A stretch of 64,000 bases of DNA from IMG/VR virus record IMGVR_UViG_3300032050_013007, positions 18,254 to 82,253 of that record. One strand, written 5' to 3'. The notes under the pieces are model-generated. The model searched no databases. It had not been told where the DNA came from and was given only the letters and a program-made list of their open reading frames with translations. The stretch is from a virus. Within the stretch, counting starts at the first letter, position 1. Every line of letters starts with the position of its first letter. Shown here one piece after another: positions 12,201 through 19,566 of the stretch. The position numbers and the translations under genes were made by a program.

Positions 12201-14277
12201 TTACATAACCCTCAGGAGGTGGAGTTCCAGGAGTGGTACTTGTTAAACGCAATTGATGCGCCGCAAATGTCTTATTAGGGTTACACACACCACCAACGTA
12301 CGCAATACTTTTTCTAGAACTACCGGTACTGGGCCAATTACCTGTTAATAACATTGCAATATCTCCATTAAAGGTGATATTATTATTAAGATAATAATCT
12401 CTATAGTTACTTAGAAAACAATTATTTGATGTTGTTGCAGTACATCCGCAACAATAACGGTACGGAGAAGCTCCACTTGTCCAAATCTTAAGCTCATTTA
12501 AAGTAACACTTATTCCATCGGCCGCAAATACTGATGCGACTGAGTTAAACATTGATGTAACCCAACTAACTGTAGTACTTTCTGTACCGTAATATAAAAA
12601 AATATCATAGTCACATTCCCAAAAACACTTAACATTTTTTGTAGCAACTGTGGTTACATATGAATTTAAATTATTAGGGTCTATATTTTCTAAAATTATG
12701 TTATCTAAATTATTTGAAACTAAATCCCCAGCAGGAGAAAAATAACTTAGTACATCTTCTTGATTATCAACTACGGAACAGTCAAAGTTTATTGGTTCAT
12801 AATTTTCTAAACAATGGTGAGTATCTCCGCTAATATTGTTTACATCAATTTTCATAGTACCATCGGCAATCAAACCGCTAATACCATCTTTAGTAAAAAT
12901 TATTGAGGCATTTGAATCCTGTTTACCCTCGATAATACCGTCATAGTATTCTCCTAACTCAACATCTAAAATTTCTCCAAATTCATTGGTAACTCTAAAA
13001 GAATCCGATAATATCTTCTTTCTAACTAAATTTAATTTAACACTATAATCTTTAACGGGTAACTCGACACTCAATTTTTTAGGTTTATCCGTTAATACGG
13101 ATTCTAAAAATTTTTTATTAGTTTCAAAAACAGAGTTACCGTGAATTTTACTAATTAATTGTACTTCCTCTAAAATAACTAAATCAGTTGTATTACCAGT
13201 ACTACAAGTGTGTTTCTTACATTCCCAACCACATGTTTGACAAGTATCTACGCAAGTATCACATATTGATGTTGGTTGACAACCACAATTAATTTGTTTT
13301 GATAATACACCACCGCAAATATCACAACCATAATTAACATGAGGGTCATGAATATCGTTTTCTGACCTTGGAGGATAAACATATATACATCTTCCATTTG
13401 TAAAATTATTTCCACAACAAGAACAAGTTTCAATACATGTTAACTCAGAAGTCACCCTTGAGTATCCGGTGAATGTTGTTGGGCTTCCGTCCGCATGGTG
13501 ATAAAATTTATTTTCAGCTCTAGCACCCAAATAAAAAAATATGTTTTTATTATTAGGGTATATTTGATTTAAAGTAGTCTCTCCTGAATTGGGTGAATAT
13601 TCATCAAACAATCTAGGTTTTAAAATCATCTCAACAGTCCAACCTTTATTTACTCTTTCAGGTAAAATGTCGTAATCATATCCAAATAATTTATAAAATC
13701 CTTGATAGAATCCACCATATAGTTCATGATAATAACCCGCGTAATCATCCCTTTTAGTTACTACTTCATATAGAACTTTCTCATTAAATCCTGAAAATCT
13801 AAAGTTTGGTAAATCAGTATTTGATTTAACCTGAAACATTTTAAATCTTCTATCAAAATGATTTCTACTAAATTTAATACTTGAATTAAAAATACCATTG
13901 GTAAAATAAATTGTTTGGTCGGTCATACCGGTCACCAAACCGTTATCAATACCCGTCAAACCAATATCACAGGTTGAACCTGATAATATACAATTTAAAT
14001 CCTCATCTTCAGGATTATAATAATTTTGAGAAACAAAAATATTATATGGGTTATATACTCCATAATATAAGGTAATATCTTGTACAGTATTGGTATCATT
14101 TATATCAATATAAATTGGTAACTTATTACCATAAGTTTGAGCAATTAGATAAGGAGAGAATACTACCTCTTGATTAAACCCCGTTTCATCGGAAGTTAAA
14201 GAGATATCTGTAAAATCCAAAGTGAATTTAGGGTACAGATTTGGATATACGTATTGATTAATATTCTGCCTCGCCAT
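6262..14277 (-). CDS. 2671-aa mosaic virion-like protein: split LamG/ConA-like core, M12B reprolysin-type Zn metalloprotease, mucin-like Thr/Pro tracts, Cys-rich modules
   Basis: HEIGHNFTSYH zinc motif (HEIGH at about 12124-12138) plus Met-turn ATIMSYG. LamG-like GRLKIYING...FEGGISQFRFYVEPLS. Long TPT repeats. No signal peptide. TATTTAT motif at 14288. Confidence 0.85.
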   Translation of the reverse strand: MARQNINQYVYPNLYPKFTLDFTDISLTSDETGFNQEVVFSPYLIAQTYGNKLPIYIDINDTNTVQDITLYYGVYNPYNIFVSQNYYNPEDEDLNCILSGSTCDIGLTGIDNGLVTGMTDQTIYFTNGIFNSSIKFSRNHFDRRFKMFQVKSNTDLPNFRFSGFNEKVLYEVVTKRDDYAGYYHELYGGFYQGFYKLFGYDYDILPERVNKGWTVEMILKPRLFDEYSPNSGETTLNQIYPNNKNIFFYLGARAENKFYHHADGSPTTFTGYSRVTSELTCIETCSCCGNNFTNGRCIYVYPPRSENDIHDPHVNYGCDICGGVLSKQINCGCQPTSICDTCVDTCQTCGWECKKHTCSTGNTTDLVILEEVQLISKIHGNSVFETNKKFLESVLTDKPKKLSVELPVKDYSVKLNLVRKKILSDSFRVTNEFGEILDVELGEYYDGIIEGKQDSNASIIFTKDGISGLIADGTMKIDVNNISGDTHHCLENYEPINFDCSVVDNQEDVLSYFSPAGDLVSNNLDNIILENIDPNNLNSYVTTVATKNVKCFWECDYDIFLYYGTESTTVSWVTSMFNSVASVFAADGISVTLNELKIWTSGASPYRYCCGCTATTSNNCFLSNYRDYYLNNNITFNGDIAMLLTGNWPSTGSSRKSIAYVGGVCNPNKTFAAHQLRLTSTTPGTPPPEGYVTNFGSNPYYNSNNCWNVAAAVHEIGHNFTSYHTFASNWNCSFTSASTTTYGNCCLDCCDGGTGSNCDCTTSILNPAGQGCISSGATIMSYGNTMQFILGPQPQRRMVDYINGLSCLGSIVTQTPTPTNTPTKTITPTYTTPTPTKPTPTPTQTSNSPCLKIYDVALPFTSTTVINNVSFVRTSTNTYSPSAQFSFVSFNCTSITTVAAQPSIIPNGGLYGNYTMSSSTQLSSITFEFSNLQNADILTFSANSGTTTASLCGGCCGLQYSQNQISGGLQCASIPNGDGGQVRILVTSSIPFDQINLSIQTPGNNGWVKVFRINNFSIPSISITPTQTITQTQTSVTPTPTSTLTTPTPTPTPTRTQTKTPTLTKTPTLTKVTPTPTRTQTKTPTLTKTPTLTKVTPTPTRTQTKTPTLTKVTPTPTRTSTQTPTPTRTLTKTPTLTKVTPTPTTTITNTTNLSLSQTPTTTITPTITNTKTSTPITTPSQTPTTNITLTNTPTTTLTPTTTITKTITPTTTLTPTNTPSIPSLLDCNCVRFFNTGSTNSVTVTYQPCQLISPPIQQSIVAGGVLQACVSSNLYTASTSFAVSVGSCDVNGCPNTTIDSCAIVAVDTQTGLIYTYNYSSNTITYLNIGTRLSSSQSIAITNNFIFVRGSGVIRKFSYSNSPTFSGTNVANYTYSSGISNAATSPIFAIDDETIVTFNNSNQLIRVTLTSSTITSTTILFSLPTGRIPNGSLLYTTGGKYLILSRNNVLSKTYLTQYNFSGGSEAEIDITSINSTINSGNLFVYNNELYLQRKSTPPSTFRITFPNTITQVYSNGPIVSEGFSQIQSCINLGLLNSSSFNLLADYSSGSFIAEFKIVSDSIQQTNTIITFTNLLPKLNGEITTINSSITISAGTISGSTKVVIDDEYSDYVGVSEFTNIVIYSEEVFSYSISTEFEFEKTVEVEYSIENTCESDPKWDALSNNIAFRLCGEPNNPQIGVRVLRFTGGCETTGTCSNSGVSYTTGYTVIDYCSPPIYPYCESINPAYLDEEHWFQVDFVWERYTWLDVCDLYYRGGLGDITEKQLLQSLANNSVALISPPYTRGTEDLEVEIVQLNEKWLIDEHYRKGRLKIYINGRIFYTIEDFEEIIPRALNTDKEKQIGVPFNMSWGGGTQGLRENLTFISCSGKTGPYQQDPECLPTVDLTGTTLSGLTTNILLEQNFAGTFEGGISQFRFYVEPLSAPEVKHNFQLRSTQFRMFNPDCPDCKVSACTPSDFEFVVIPTTPTPTPTMTITSTVTQTNTQTNTQTPTNTKTPNQTPTQTITNTITRTNDITPTVTPTVTKTPTVTKTQTSTAEPTNTQTKTPTVTPTNTKTPTATTTQTTTVEPTKTQTKTPTQTNTPTPTYIPYEPIAISPAPTKTPAKTPASTPTLTQTVTITKTVTRTLDPTKTPDKTPLPSPTTTVTNTSSHTPTLTIGLTNTPTPTITKTPTNTVTLTQTKTQTNTPEPTKTQTKTPTKTPTLTPTNTITPTVTKTNIPERAPESPTPTNTGTKTPTPTKTPTKTIEPTNTPTNTITPTKSMASTPTVTKTPTNSVEVTKTPTNTITPTKTTTSTPMVTKTPTKTIEPTKTLTPTNTITQTLTKSIAATKTPTPTYTPTNSITPSVTITKTQTPTKTQTPSISVSITPSNTITKTPTITPTKTKTPTPTKTSVCCTTWYLYAGGSSQPQTFEIVYCDSSTGSVSLTGTESYTVSCASSVVRTTGVSGTITSNPGCICSSSTPTQTPTQTNTPTNTVTKTITPTKTITPTNTKTPTVTLTNTKTPTVTPTNTKTPTVTRTQTPTKTITKTPTNTPTKTPECNLSPAQYISGFTGISIINPINGTTFACKSFPGAALLLPCWEAWWCAGANQAQVQYATGYPTGIIDLYQTPSTRVYAQPNCVCAYPFNNPQLLFVTDYDLLAGTGIYFSCTTTCELKPSNSFGPLFPSDCSTGPGI
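6680..8400 (-). repeat. Mucin-like (T/K)TPT low-complexity coding repeats
   Basis: Hundreds of codons of TPT/TKTPT/TNTPT. The + strand is G/T-rich. Confidence 0.9.
10620..11215 (-). repeat. Mucin-like coding repeats including near-exact 69-bp tandem units
   Basis: The unit aggagttggggtaacttttgttaatgttggagtttttgttaatgttggagtttttgtttgtgttctagt starts at 10981 and 11050, with shorter variants at 10850-10980. Confidence 0.9.
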
Positions 14278-14287
14278 ACTTTTTCAA

Positions 14288-14316
14288 ATAAATACCTTGT
14301 TTCAAAGTATTTATTT
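14288..14316. promoter_or_regulatory. Back-to-back putative late promoters (TATTTAT) for divergent genes
   Basis: ataaatac at 14288 (minus strand, before ATG 14277) and gtatttattt at 14307 (plus strand, before ATG 14327). Confidence 0.7.
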
Positions 14317-14326
14317 AATAAAAACT

Positions 14327-15172
14327 ATGATAAGTTATAACAAAGAATACTTTAAGAACAATATGTATTTCTTCTTGAAAGATAGGGGAGATAAAATTTC
14401 TTTGTACTATTCAATTGCAGATAATTTAGTGGAATCTAGAAAAAAAGATGAAAAAAAAGATTTCAATAAAAAAGACGAAAAAAAATTAAAATCAATTATC
14501 CATAAATTTTTAAATTCACCTAAAAAAGTATCTAAAAAAGAAATAGATAAAGAACTTAATGATGTTGAAAACGATGGAGAAATGAATGAACTTATCGATA
14601 TTGATGGTACGTTCCTGAATTCAAAAGTACCTTTTTTAGATATGAAACAACACCCTAGAAAAACTATGGACCAAACAGTTTCTATGTCAAGAGTAACTAA
14701 TGACCCAGTAACTAGAGGTTATCGTGTTTATTGGGGTGAGGGTGAGGAAAAGGATGATAACGTTGTTAGTGAGGTTGACTACTCAGACGCATTTGGATAT
14801 GAAGAAACAAAGGATAAAGATTATAAGGACACTGTTAAAATATTGAAAAAAATGGGTTCTGATAATGCCGAGGAAAGAGCAGTTGAGATGGGTAAGAGCC
14901 CTAAACTAGATAAGAAGAGAAAGAAAGGCGCTTTTGTTAGACAAAGATTATCAGAAAAAGATACAATTGAAGAAGAACAGAAAAAAGCTATGATGAAGAT
15001 GGTTGAGGATATATTGGCCAAAAAATCAAAGGACTCTTCCGATGTCGTTAGTAAAAACGAAACACCTATTAGTAAAATCTTAATGAAAAATTTACAGTCA
15101 ATTAAAAAATTGGCGGAGCGTGAAGGAATTAATATAAATCAACTTATTAAAGCTCTTAAATCAAGTGAATAA
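14327..15172 (+). CDS. Hypothetical charged protein
   Basis: The ORF track start 14297 is a TTG overlapping the promoter motif. ATG 14327 (MISYNKEY) is preferred. Confidence 0.8.
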   Translation: MISYNKEYFKNNMYFFLKDRGDKISLYYSIADNLVESRKKDEKKDFNKKDEKKLKSIIHKFLNSPKKVSKKEIDKELNDVENDGEMNELIDIDGTFLNSKVPFLDMKQHPRKTMDQTVSMSRVTNDPVTRGYRVYWGEGEEKDDNVVSEVDYSDAFGYEETKDKDYKDTVKILKKMGSDNAEERAVEMGKSPKLDKKRKKGAFVRQRLSEKDTIEEEQKKAMMKMVEDILAKKSKDSSDVVSKNETPISKILMKNLQSIKKLAEREGININQLIKALKSSE

Positions 15173-15635
15173 AGACCTATACGGAAAAAAAGTACCATTA
15201 CCAGAGGATGTCCTAATTTATCTAGGTCAATGTCACGACGCTGCGGTTGGGGCTGACGACTCAACCGAAGGGTATAAAAGAAATAAGGAATTAAGAGATA
15301 GTGGAGAAGTAACCTACCAACAATTAAAAAGAATGAAAAATTTCTTCGATAGTTTTAATGGTCATGAGAACGATTTACCATTTATTTTAAATGGTGGTCA
15401 CTATGTTAAAGGTTGGGTCGATAAAACACTGGGTTCGATGAGAGACGGAGTTGATTTGGGTAAAGAAGTAAAATCTGAAGTTTTACCTAATCAATACATT
15501 GCTCCTCACGAAAAAGAAGGTCTAAAAAATATAAATAGGCCAAGTAAAAGTCATAGTACGAACGCAGACCAATATAATTTGGAAATAACCGAGAATTTAA
15601 AAAGAATAAATGATTTAATTAAAAAAATAATATAA
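15165..15635 (+). CDS. Hypothetical phage protein
   Basis: 156-aa ORF in an operon, with C-terminal helix EITENLKRINDLIKK. Confidence 0.75.
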   Translation: MNKDLYGKKVPLPEDVLIYLGQCHDAAVGADDSTEGYKRNKELRDSGEVTYQQLKRMKNFFDSFNGHENDLPFILNGGHYVKGWVDKTLGSMRDGVDLGKEVKSEVLPNQYIAPHEKEGLKNINRPSKSHSTNADQYNLEITENLKRINDLIKKII

Positions 15636-15636
15636 C

Positions 15637-15933
15637 ATGGCACAGAGAGAACCTTTAAATTTTGAGCAACCGAATAATGAGTTGTCACAAATTGCCGAAA
15701 TGGAAAGAAGAAAACTTCTACCTAAAAACGATTTTATTAAAGACGCTAATGAATATTCATCAGTTAATAAAGATGCAATTGCCGATGGTGACTCCTATGG
15801 TAAAGGAACTGGAATATTTTTAGATGTCTATAATCAACAAGCGGGGGCTATTCAAGATATCTTAGAAAGAAAGGCTGAGATAGTTATTAACGAATATAAA
15901 GCCAATAATCCTTACACAACACCTAGTGCATAA
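15637..15933 (+). CDS. Hypothetical phage protein
   Basis: 98-aa ORF, translationally coupled (TAATG) to the next gene. Confidence 0.75.
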   Translation: MAQREPLNFEQPNNELSQIAEMERRKLLPKNDFIKDANEYSSVNKDAIADGDSYGKGTGIFLDVYNQQAGAIQDILERKAEIVINEYKANNPYTTPSA

Positions 15934-16328
15934 TGAAACTTACGGAAACCGTAAAATCATTAATATTAGAAGTCGCATCAATCGATTCGATTGTTGATGC
16001 AATTAAGAAAAAAAATAAAGTAATTATTTACTACGATGGGGATGAGCCAGGTGGTCGTGGTTTGAGACAAATAGAACCTGTTTGTTTTGGTTATAGTAAA
16101 GCGGATAATCCTGTTTTAAGAGCATGGGATGAGGAAGGAGCTTCTCATACGGGATATAAGGGCGAACAACCTTTACCAGGTTGGAGATTATTCAGGGTTG
16201 ATAAAATATTATCATTCAAACAAACAGGAGAAAAATTTAATACCGCGAGACCTGGTTATAATAATTCGGGAGATAAAAGTATGTTAAAAGTTATAATTAA
16301 CGCTTCATTTGGCCCGGAACAACCTTAA
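15933..16328 (+). CDS. Stand-alone WYL domain protein
   Basis: AI...VIIYY...R.IEP..G....LRAW...WRLFRVDKI matches the WYL SH3-like pattern. No HTH. Confidence 0.8.
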   Translation: MKLTETVKSLILEVASIDSIVDAIKKKNKVIIYYDGDEPGGRGLRQIEPVCFGYSKADNPVLRAWDEEGASHTGYKGEQPLPGWRLFRVDKILSFKQTGEKFNTARPGYNNSGDKSMLKVIINASFGPEQP

Positions 16329-16339
16329 ATTTTATTATT

Positions 16340-16933
16340 ATGACAAACGAAAATGATTTAATGAGAAAACTTATGATATCCAAACAGATAATGGATAAAC
16401 ATAGAGAATTACCTAGAAATACTAACGGAGATATTGGTTCAATATCCGAACAAAGAATTATGGCACCTGATTTACAAAATTTTGAATCGCCAAACGCCTC
16501 TTATAATATCCCACAAGAATTTATGCAGGAAAACGCCGCAACAAAAATCCCAAAGTATGTTAATTCAAGTGACCGAATTATGTCGTCAAAATTACCTGAC
16601 GCAATCAAACAACTGATGATTGAACATCCAATTAACCAACCAAATTCAATGTCAGGACCTACTTTGTCTGATGAGTTAGTTGAAAAAGCAGCAAGATTGA
16701 TGGGAACTAGTGGCCAACAGACTCAAGAAAATACAATTCAAAGACCAATACAAAAACAAACTGTTTCTGACAATAAAGAATTTAGACAAATGTTAAAGGA
16801 AGTTGTTAAAGAAGTACTATCTGAAAATGGTGTTATTGTCGAATCTACTTCGAAATCAAATGATGTTTTTTCTTTTAAAGTAGGAAAACATATATTTGAA
16901 GGTAAAGTCACGAAAGTAAAAAAACTACAGTAA
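16340..16933 (+). CDS. Hypothetical phage protein
   Basis: 197-aa ORF followed by a terminator. Confidence 0.8.
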   Translation: MTNENDLMRKLMISKQIMDKHRELPRNTNGDIGSISEQRIMAPDLQNFESPNASYNIPQEFMQENAATKIPKYVNSSDRIMSSKLPDAIKQLMIEHPINQPNSMSGPTLSDELVEKAARLMGTSGQQTQENTIQRPIQKQTVSDNKEFRQMLKEVVKEVLSENGVIVESTSKSNDVFSFKVGKHIFEGKVTKVKKLQ

Positions 16934-16937
16934 AATT

Positions 16938-16961
16938 AACCCCTCAAATGAGGGGTTTTTT
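16938..16961 (+). terminator. Intrinsic terminator
   Basis: aacccctc-aaat-gaggggtttttt. Confidence 0.85.
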
Positions 16962-16972
16962 GTTTTACATGG

Positions 16973-17001
16973 TTGATATTCTTTGTTTTTTGGTTTATAA
17001 T
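16973..17001 (+). promoter_or_regulatory. Sigma70-like promoter of the glycosyltransferase block
   Basis: TTGATA-17 nt-TATAAT, 20 nt upstream of ATG 17022. Confidence 0.55.
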
Positions 17002-17021
17002 TTTCACATATTATTTTAATT

Positions 17022-18242
17022 ATGAGTCAAAAAATTAATGTTTTAGTTCTTCCATCGGATAAAACCGGTGTTGGTAAGTTTAGGTCAACTGACCCACATG
17101 TTATGCTACAAAACATGTACCCCGATGATTTCCATGTTGATATCGATTATGAACCAAAAATAAATGATGTTAGTTACTGGAAAAAATATCAAATAGTCCA
17201 TGTCCATAGAAATATAGGTAATGATTACTCAGGTAATCCAGCAATAATTAATTTTATAAAATCATTAGGAATTCAAGTCGTTGTAGATTTAGATGATTAT
17301 TGGTTACCTACTATTGAACACCCTATCCATCATTTAATTCTACAAAATAAAATACATGAGAGGATTATGGATAATTTAAAAGTTGCAAGTTATGTAACAA
17401 CAACGACTACTGTTTTTGCCGATGAAATAAAAAAATTAAACAAAAATGTGGTTGTTTTTCCGAATGCAATTGACCCTAATGAACCACAATTTAAACAAAA
17501 AACTGAAGAGTCAGATAGAATCAGAATTGGGTGGCTCGGTGGGTCATCCCACTTACATGATTTAATGTTACTTGATGGATTTGTTCAAAAAAACGGTAAA
17601 GAAATTAACGATAAAATTCAGTATGTTCTTTGCGGGTTCGACACTAGAGGAACAATGACTGAGATTAACAAAGAAACAGGAGAACAAAAACAAAGGCCCA
17701 TTTTACCACACGAAACCGTTTGGGCGAGATATGAAGAAATTTTTACAGACAAGTATTCTATTATAGATGAAGACTATAAAAAGTTCCTTTTAAATTTTGA
17801 GGAGTTATCCTTTCCTTCCGAAAAAGAATTACCTTATCGACGAGTATGGACAAAACCTGTTACATCATATGCTATGAACTATTCTAAACTTGATGTTTCA
17901 CTAGCACCGATTAAAAATCATGTATTCAATAGAATGAAATCTCAACTAAAGGTTATTGAGGCGGGATTTTATAAAAAGGCTTTAATCGCATCAGATATTG
18001 GTCCTTATAGTATTGATTTAAAACATTGTTTGAAAAATGGTGAATTTGTTGATGGGAACGCTTTATTAGTTGATGAACATAGAAATCATAGTGACTGGTC
18101 CAAGTTCATTAAGAAATTAGTTAATAACCCTAACTTGATAACCGATATGGGTGAAAGATTGTATGAAACAGTAAAAGACACGTATGATTTGAGAAATGTT
18201 ACTAAAGCAAGAGCGGAGTGGTATAAAACAATTGTAAAATGA
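17022..18242 (+). CDS. GT-B fold (GT4-like) glycosyltransferase
   Basis: VVDLDD, VFPNAID, RIGWLGGSSH, LAPI...FNRMKSQLKVIEAG motifs. Confidence 0.8.
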   Translation: MSQKINVLVLPSDKTGVGKFRSTDPHVMLQNMYPDDFHVDIDYEPKINDVSYWKKYQIVHVHRNIGNDYSGNPAIINFIKSLGIQVVVDLDDYWLPTIEHPIHHLILQNKIHERIMDNLKVASYVTTTTTVFADEIKKLNKNVVVFPNAIDPNEPQFKQKTEESDRIRIGWLGGSSHLHDLMLLDGFVQKNGKEINDKIQYVLCGFDTRGTMTEINKETGEQKQRPILPHETVWARYEEIFTDKYSIIDEDYKKFLLNFEELSFPSEKELPYRRVWTKPVTSYAMNYSKLDVSLAPIKNHVFNRMKSQLKVIEAGFYKKALIASDIGPYSIDLKHCLKNGEFVDGNALLVDEHRNHSDWSKFIKKLVNNPNLITDMGERLYETVKDTYDLRNVTKARAEWYKTIVK

Positions 18243-18967
18243 TAAAAATACCTTTAACCAAAATTTTATTTATTGATGTTGAAACTGTAGGGTGTTGTCC
18301 TGACTTCGCTAGTTGTCAGGCTCTTAATCCTACTTTGGCAACTCAATTTATTAATTACTATGATTGGTTTTTAAAAAGATTTCCTGAGGACGACACCGCG
18401 GTAAGTAATAGAGAACTGGCCGAAAAAAAACGAGACAGAATATTTGAGAAGAGGGCAACTTTAGTTCCTGAATTTGCAAAAATTGTTTGTGTAAGTGTGG
18501 CATTTGTTACGGATAATGGTGAAGTTAAGAAACAAACTTTCTCGGGAAAAGATGAACTTGAGGTGTTAAAAGGAGTTCAAAAACTTCTTGATAGATGTGG
18601 TAAATTGGATTTCTATTTGTGTGGTCACAATCTTAAAAATTTTGATATCCCGATGATTGCTAAAAGAATGATAATCAATGGATTGATGCCACCTTCTATT
18701 TTACCTTCTTATGATACTAAACCGTGGGAGATTAAAGCTATTGACACAAAAGAAATTTGGCAATATGGTTCGTATAGTTCAATAAGCTCTTTAGATTTAC
18801 TTTGTTCTTGTATGGATATACCAACATCTAAAGATGGTGAAATAAGTGGTGATAAAGTTCACAACGCATATTGGTTTGAAGATAAACTTGATTTAATAAC
18901 AGAATATTGTGAAAAGGATGTTTTGGTATTGATTGATATTATAAAAAAATTAAAGGAGTTACAATGA
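18239..18967 (+). CDS. DEDD 3'-5' exonuclease (PolB exo-related)
   Basis: FIDVETV (Exo I), GHNLKNFDIP (Exo II), EYCEKDV (Exo III). Confidence 0.85.
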   Translation: MIKIPLTKILFIDVETVGCCPDFASCQALNPTLATQFINYYDWFLKRFPEDDTAVSNRELAEKKRDRIFEKRATLVPEFAKIVCVSVAFVTDNGEVKKQTFSGKDELEVLKGVQKLLDRCGKLDFYLCGHNLKNFDIPMIAKRMIINGLMPPSILPSYDTKPWEIKAIDTKEIWQYGSYSSISSLDLLCSCMDIPTSKDGEISGDKVHNAYWFEDKLDLITEYCEKDVLVLIDIIKKLKELQ

Positions 18968-19566
18968 TTGATTTAAATACAAACTTAAATTACTTAAAAG
19001 AAAATTCTGACAAGATTCGTGAGATGTTAGACGAAAACTTTGATGATGATATGTTTGAAACAATTTTAAATGAAACGGGGATTGATATTAGGGAGTTTGA
19101 TAAACAATTTGAAAACTATACTCCTAAAATTGAACTGAAATACAAGAAATTAAACCCTGACGCAAAACCCCCTTTTTATAATTACCCGTCCGATTCGGGT
19201 TTTGATTTATATGCAACTCAGACAGTTTATATTACAAAATTTGGAAGAGCGTTAGTTCCAACAGGATTGTCGTTTGACATCAAAGATGGATATGAAATTC
19301 AAGTAAGGTCAAAAAGTGGTCTTGCGATTAATCAAGGTCTTATGGTTTTAAATTCACCAGGGACTGTTGATAATGGTTATACAGGAGAAGTCCAAGTAAT
19401 CATTTTTAACACTAATGATTTTATGGTTACAATTGAAAAGGGGACAAAGATTGGTCAAGCGGTTCTTTGTCCTGTGGCGAATGGAAAGTGGGTTGATTTA
19501 CAAGAAACCACAGAAGAAATTAATAAAGATAGAAATGCCAATGGTTTTGGCTCAACAGGAATATGA
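18964..19566 (+). CDS. dut: Trimeric dUTPase with N-terminal extension
   Basis: SGFDL, RSKSGLA, GTVDNGYTGEV, KIGQ, RNANGFGSTG motifs. Confidence 0.92.
   Translation: MIDLNTNLNYLKENSDKIREMLDENFDDDMFETILNETGIDIREFDKQFENYTPKIELKYKKLNPDAKPPFYNYPSDSGFDLYATQTVYITKFGRALVPTGLSFDIKDGYEIQVRSKSGLAINQGLMVLNSPGTVDNGYTGEVQVIIFNTNDFMVTIEKGTKIGQAVLCPVANGKWVDLQETTEEINKDRNANGFGSTGI

Noticed and set aside
9350-13200. Insertion in the giant protein as an intein or intron
   Set aside because: No intein terminal motifs (C...HN), no homing endonuclease motifs and no frame interruption.
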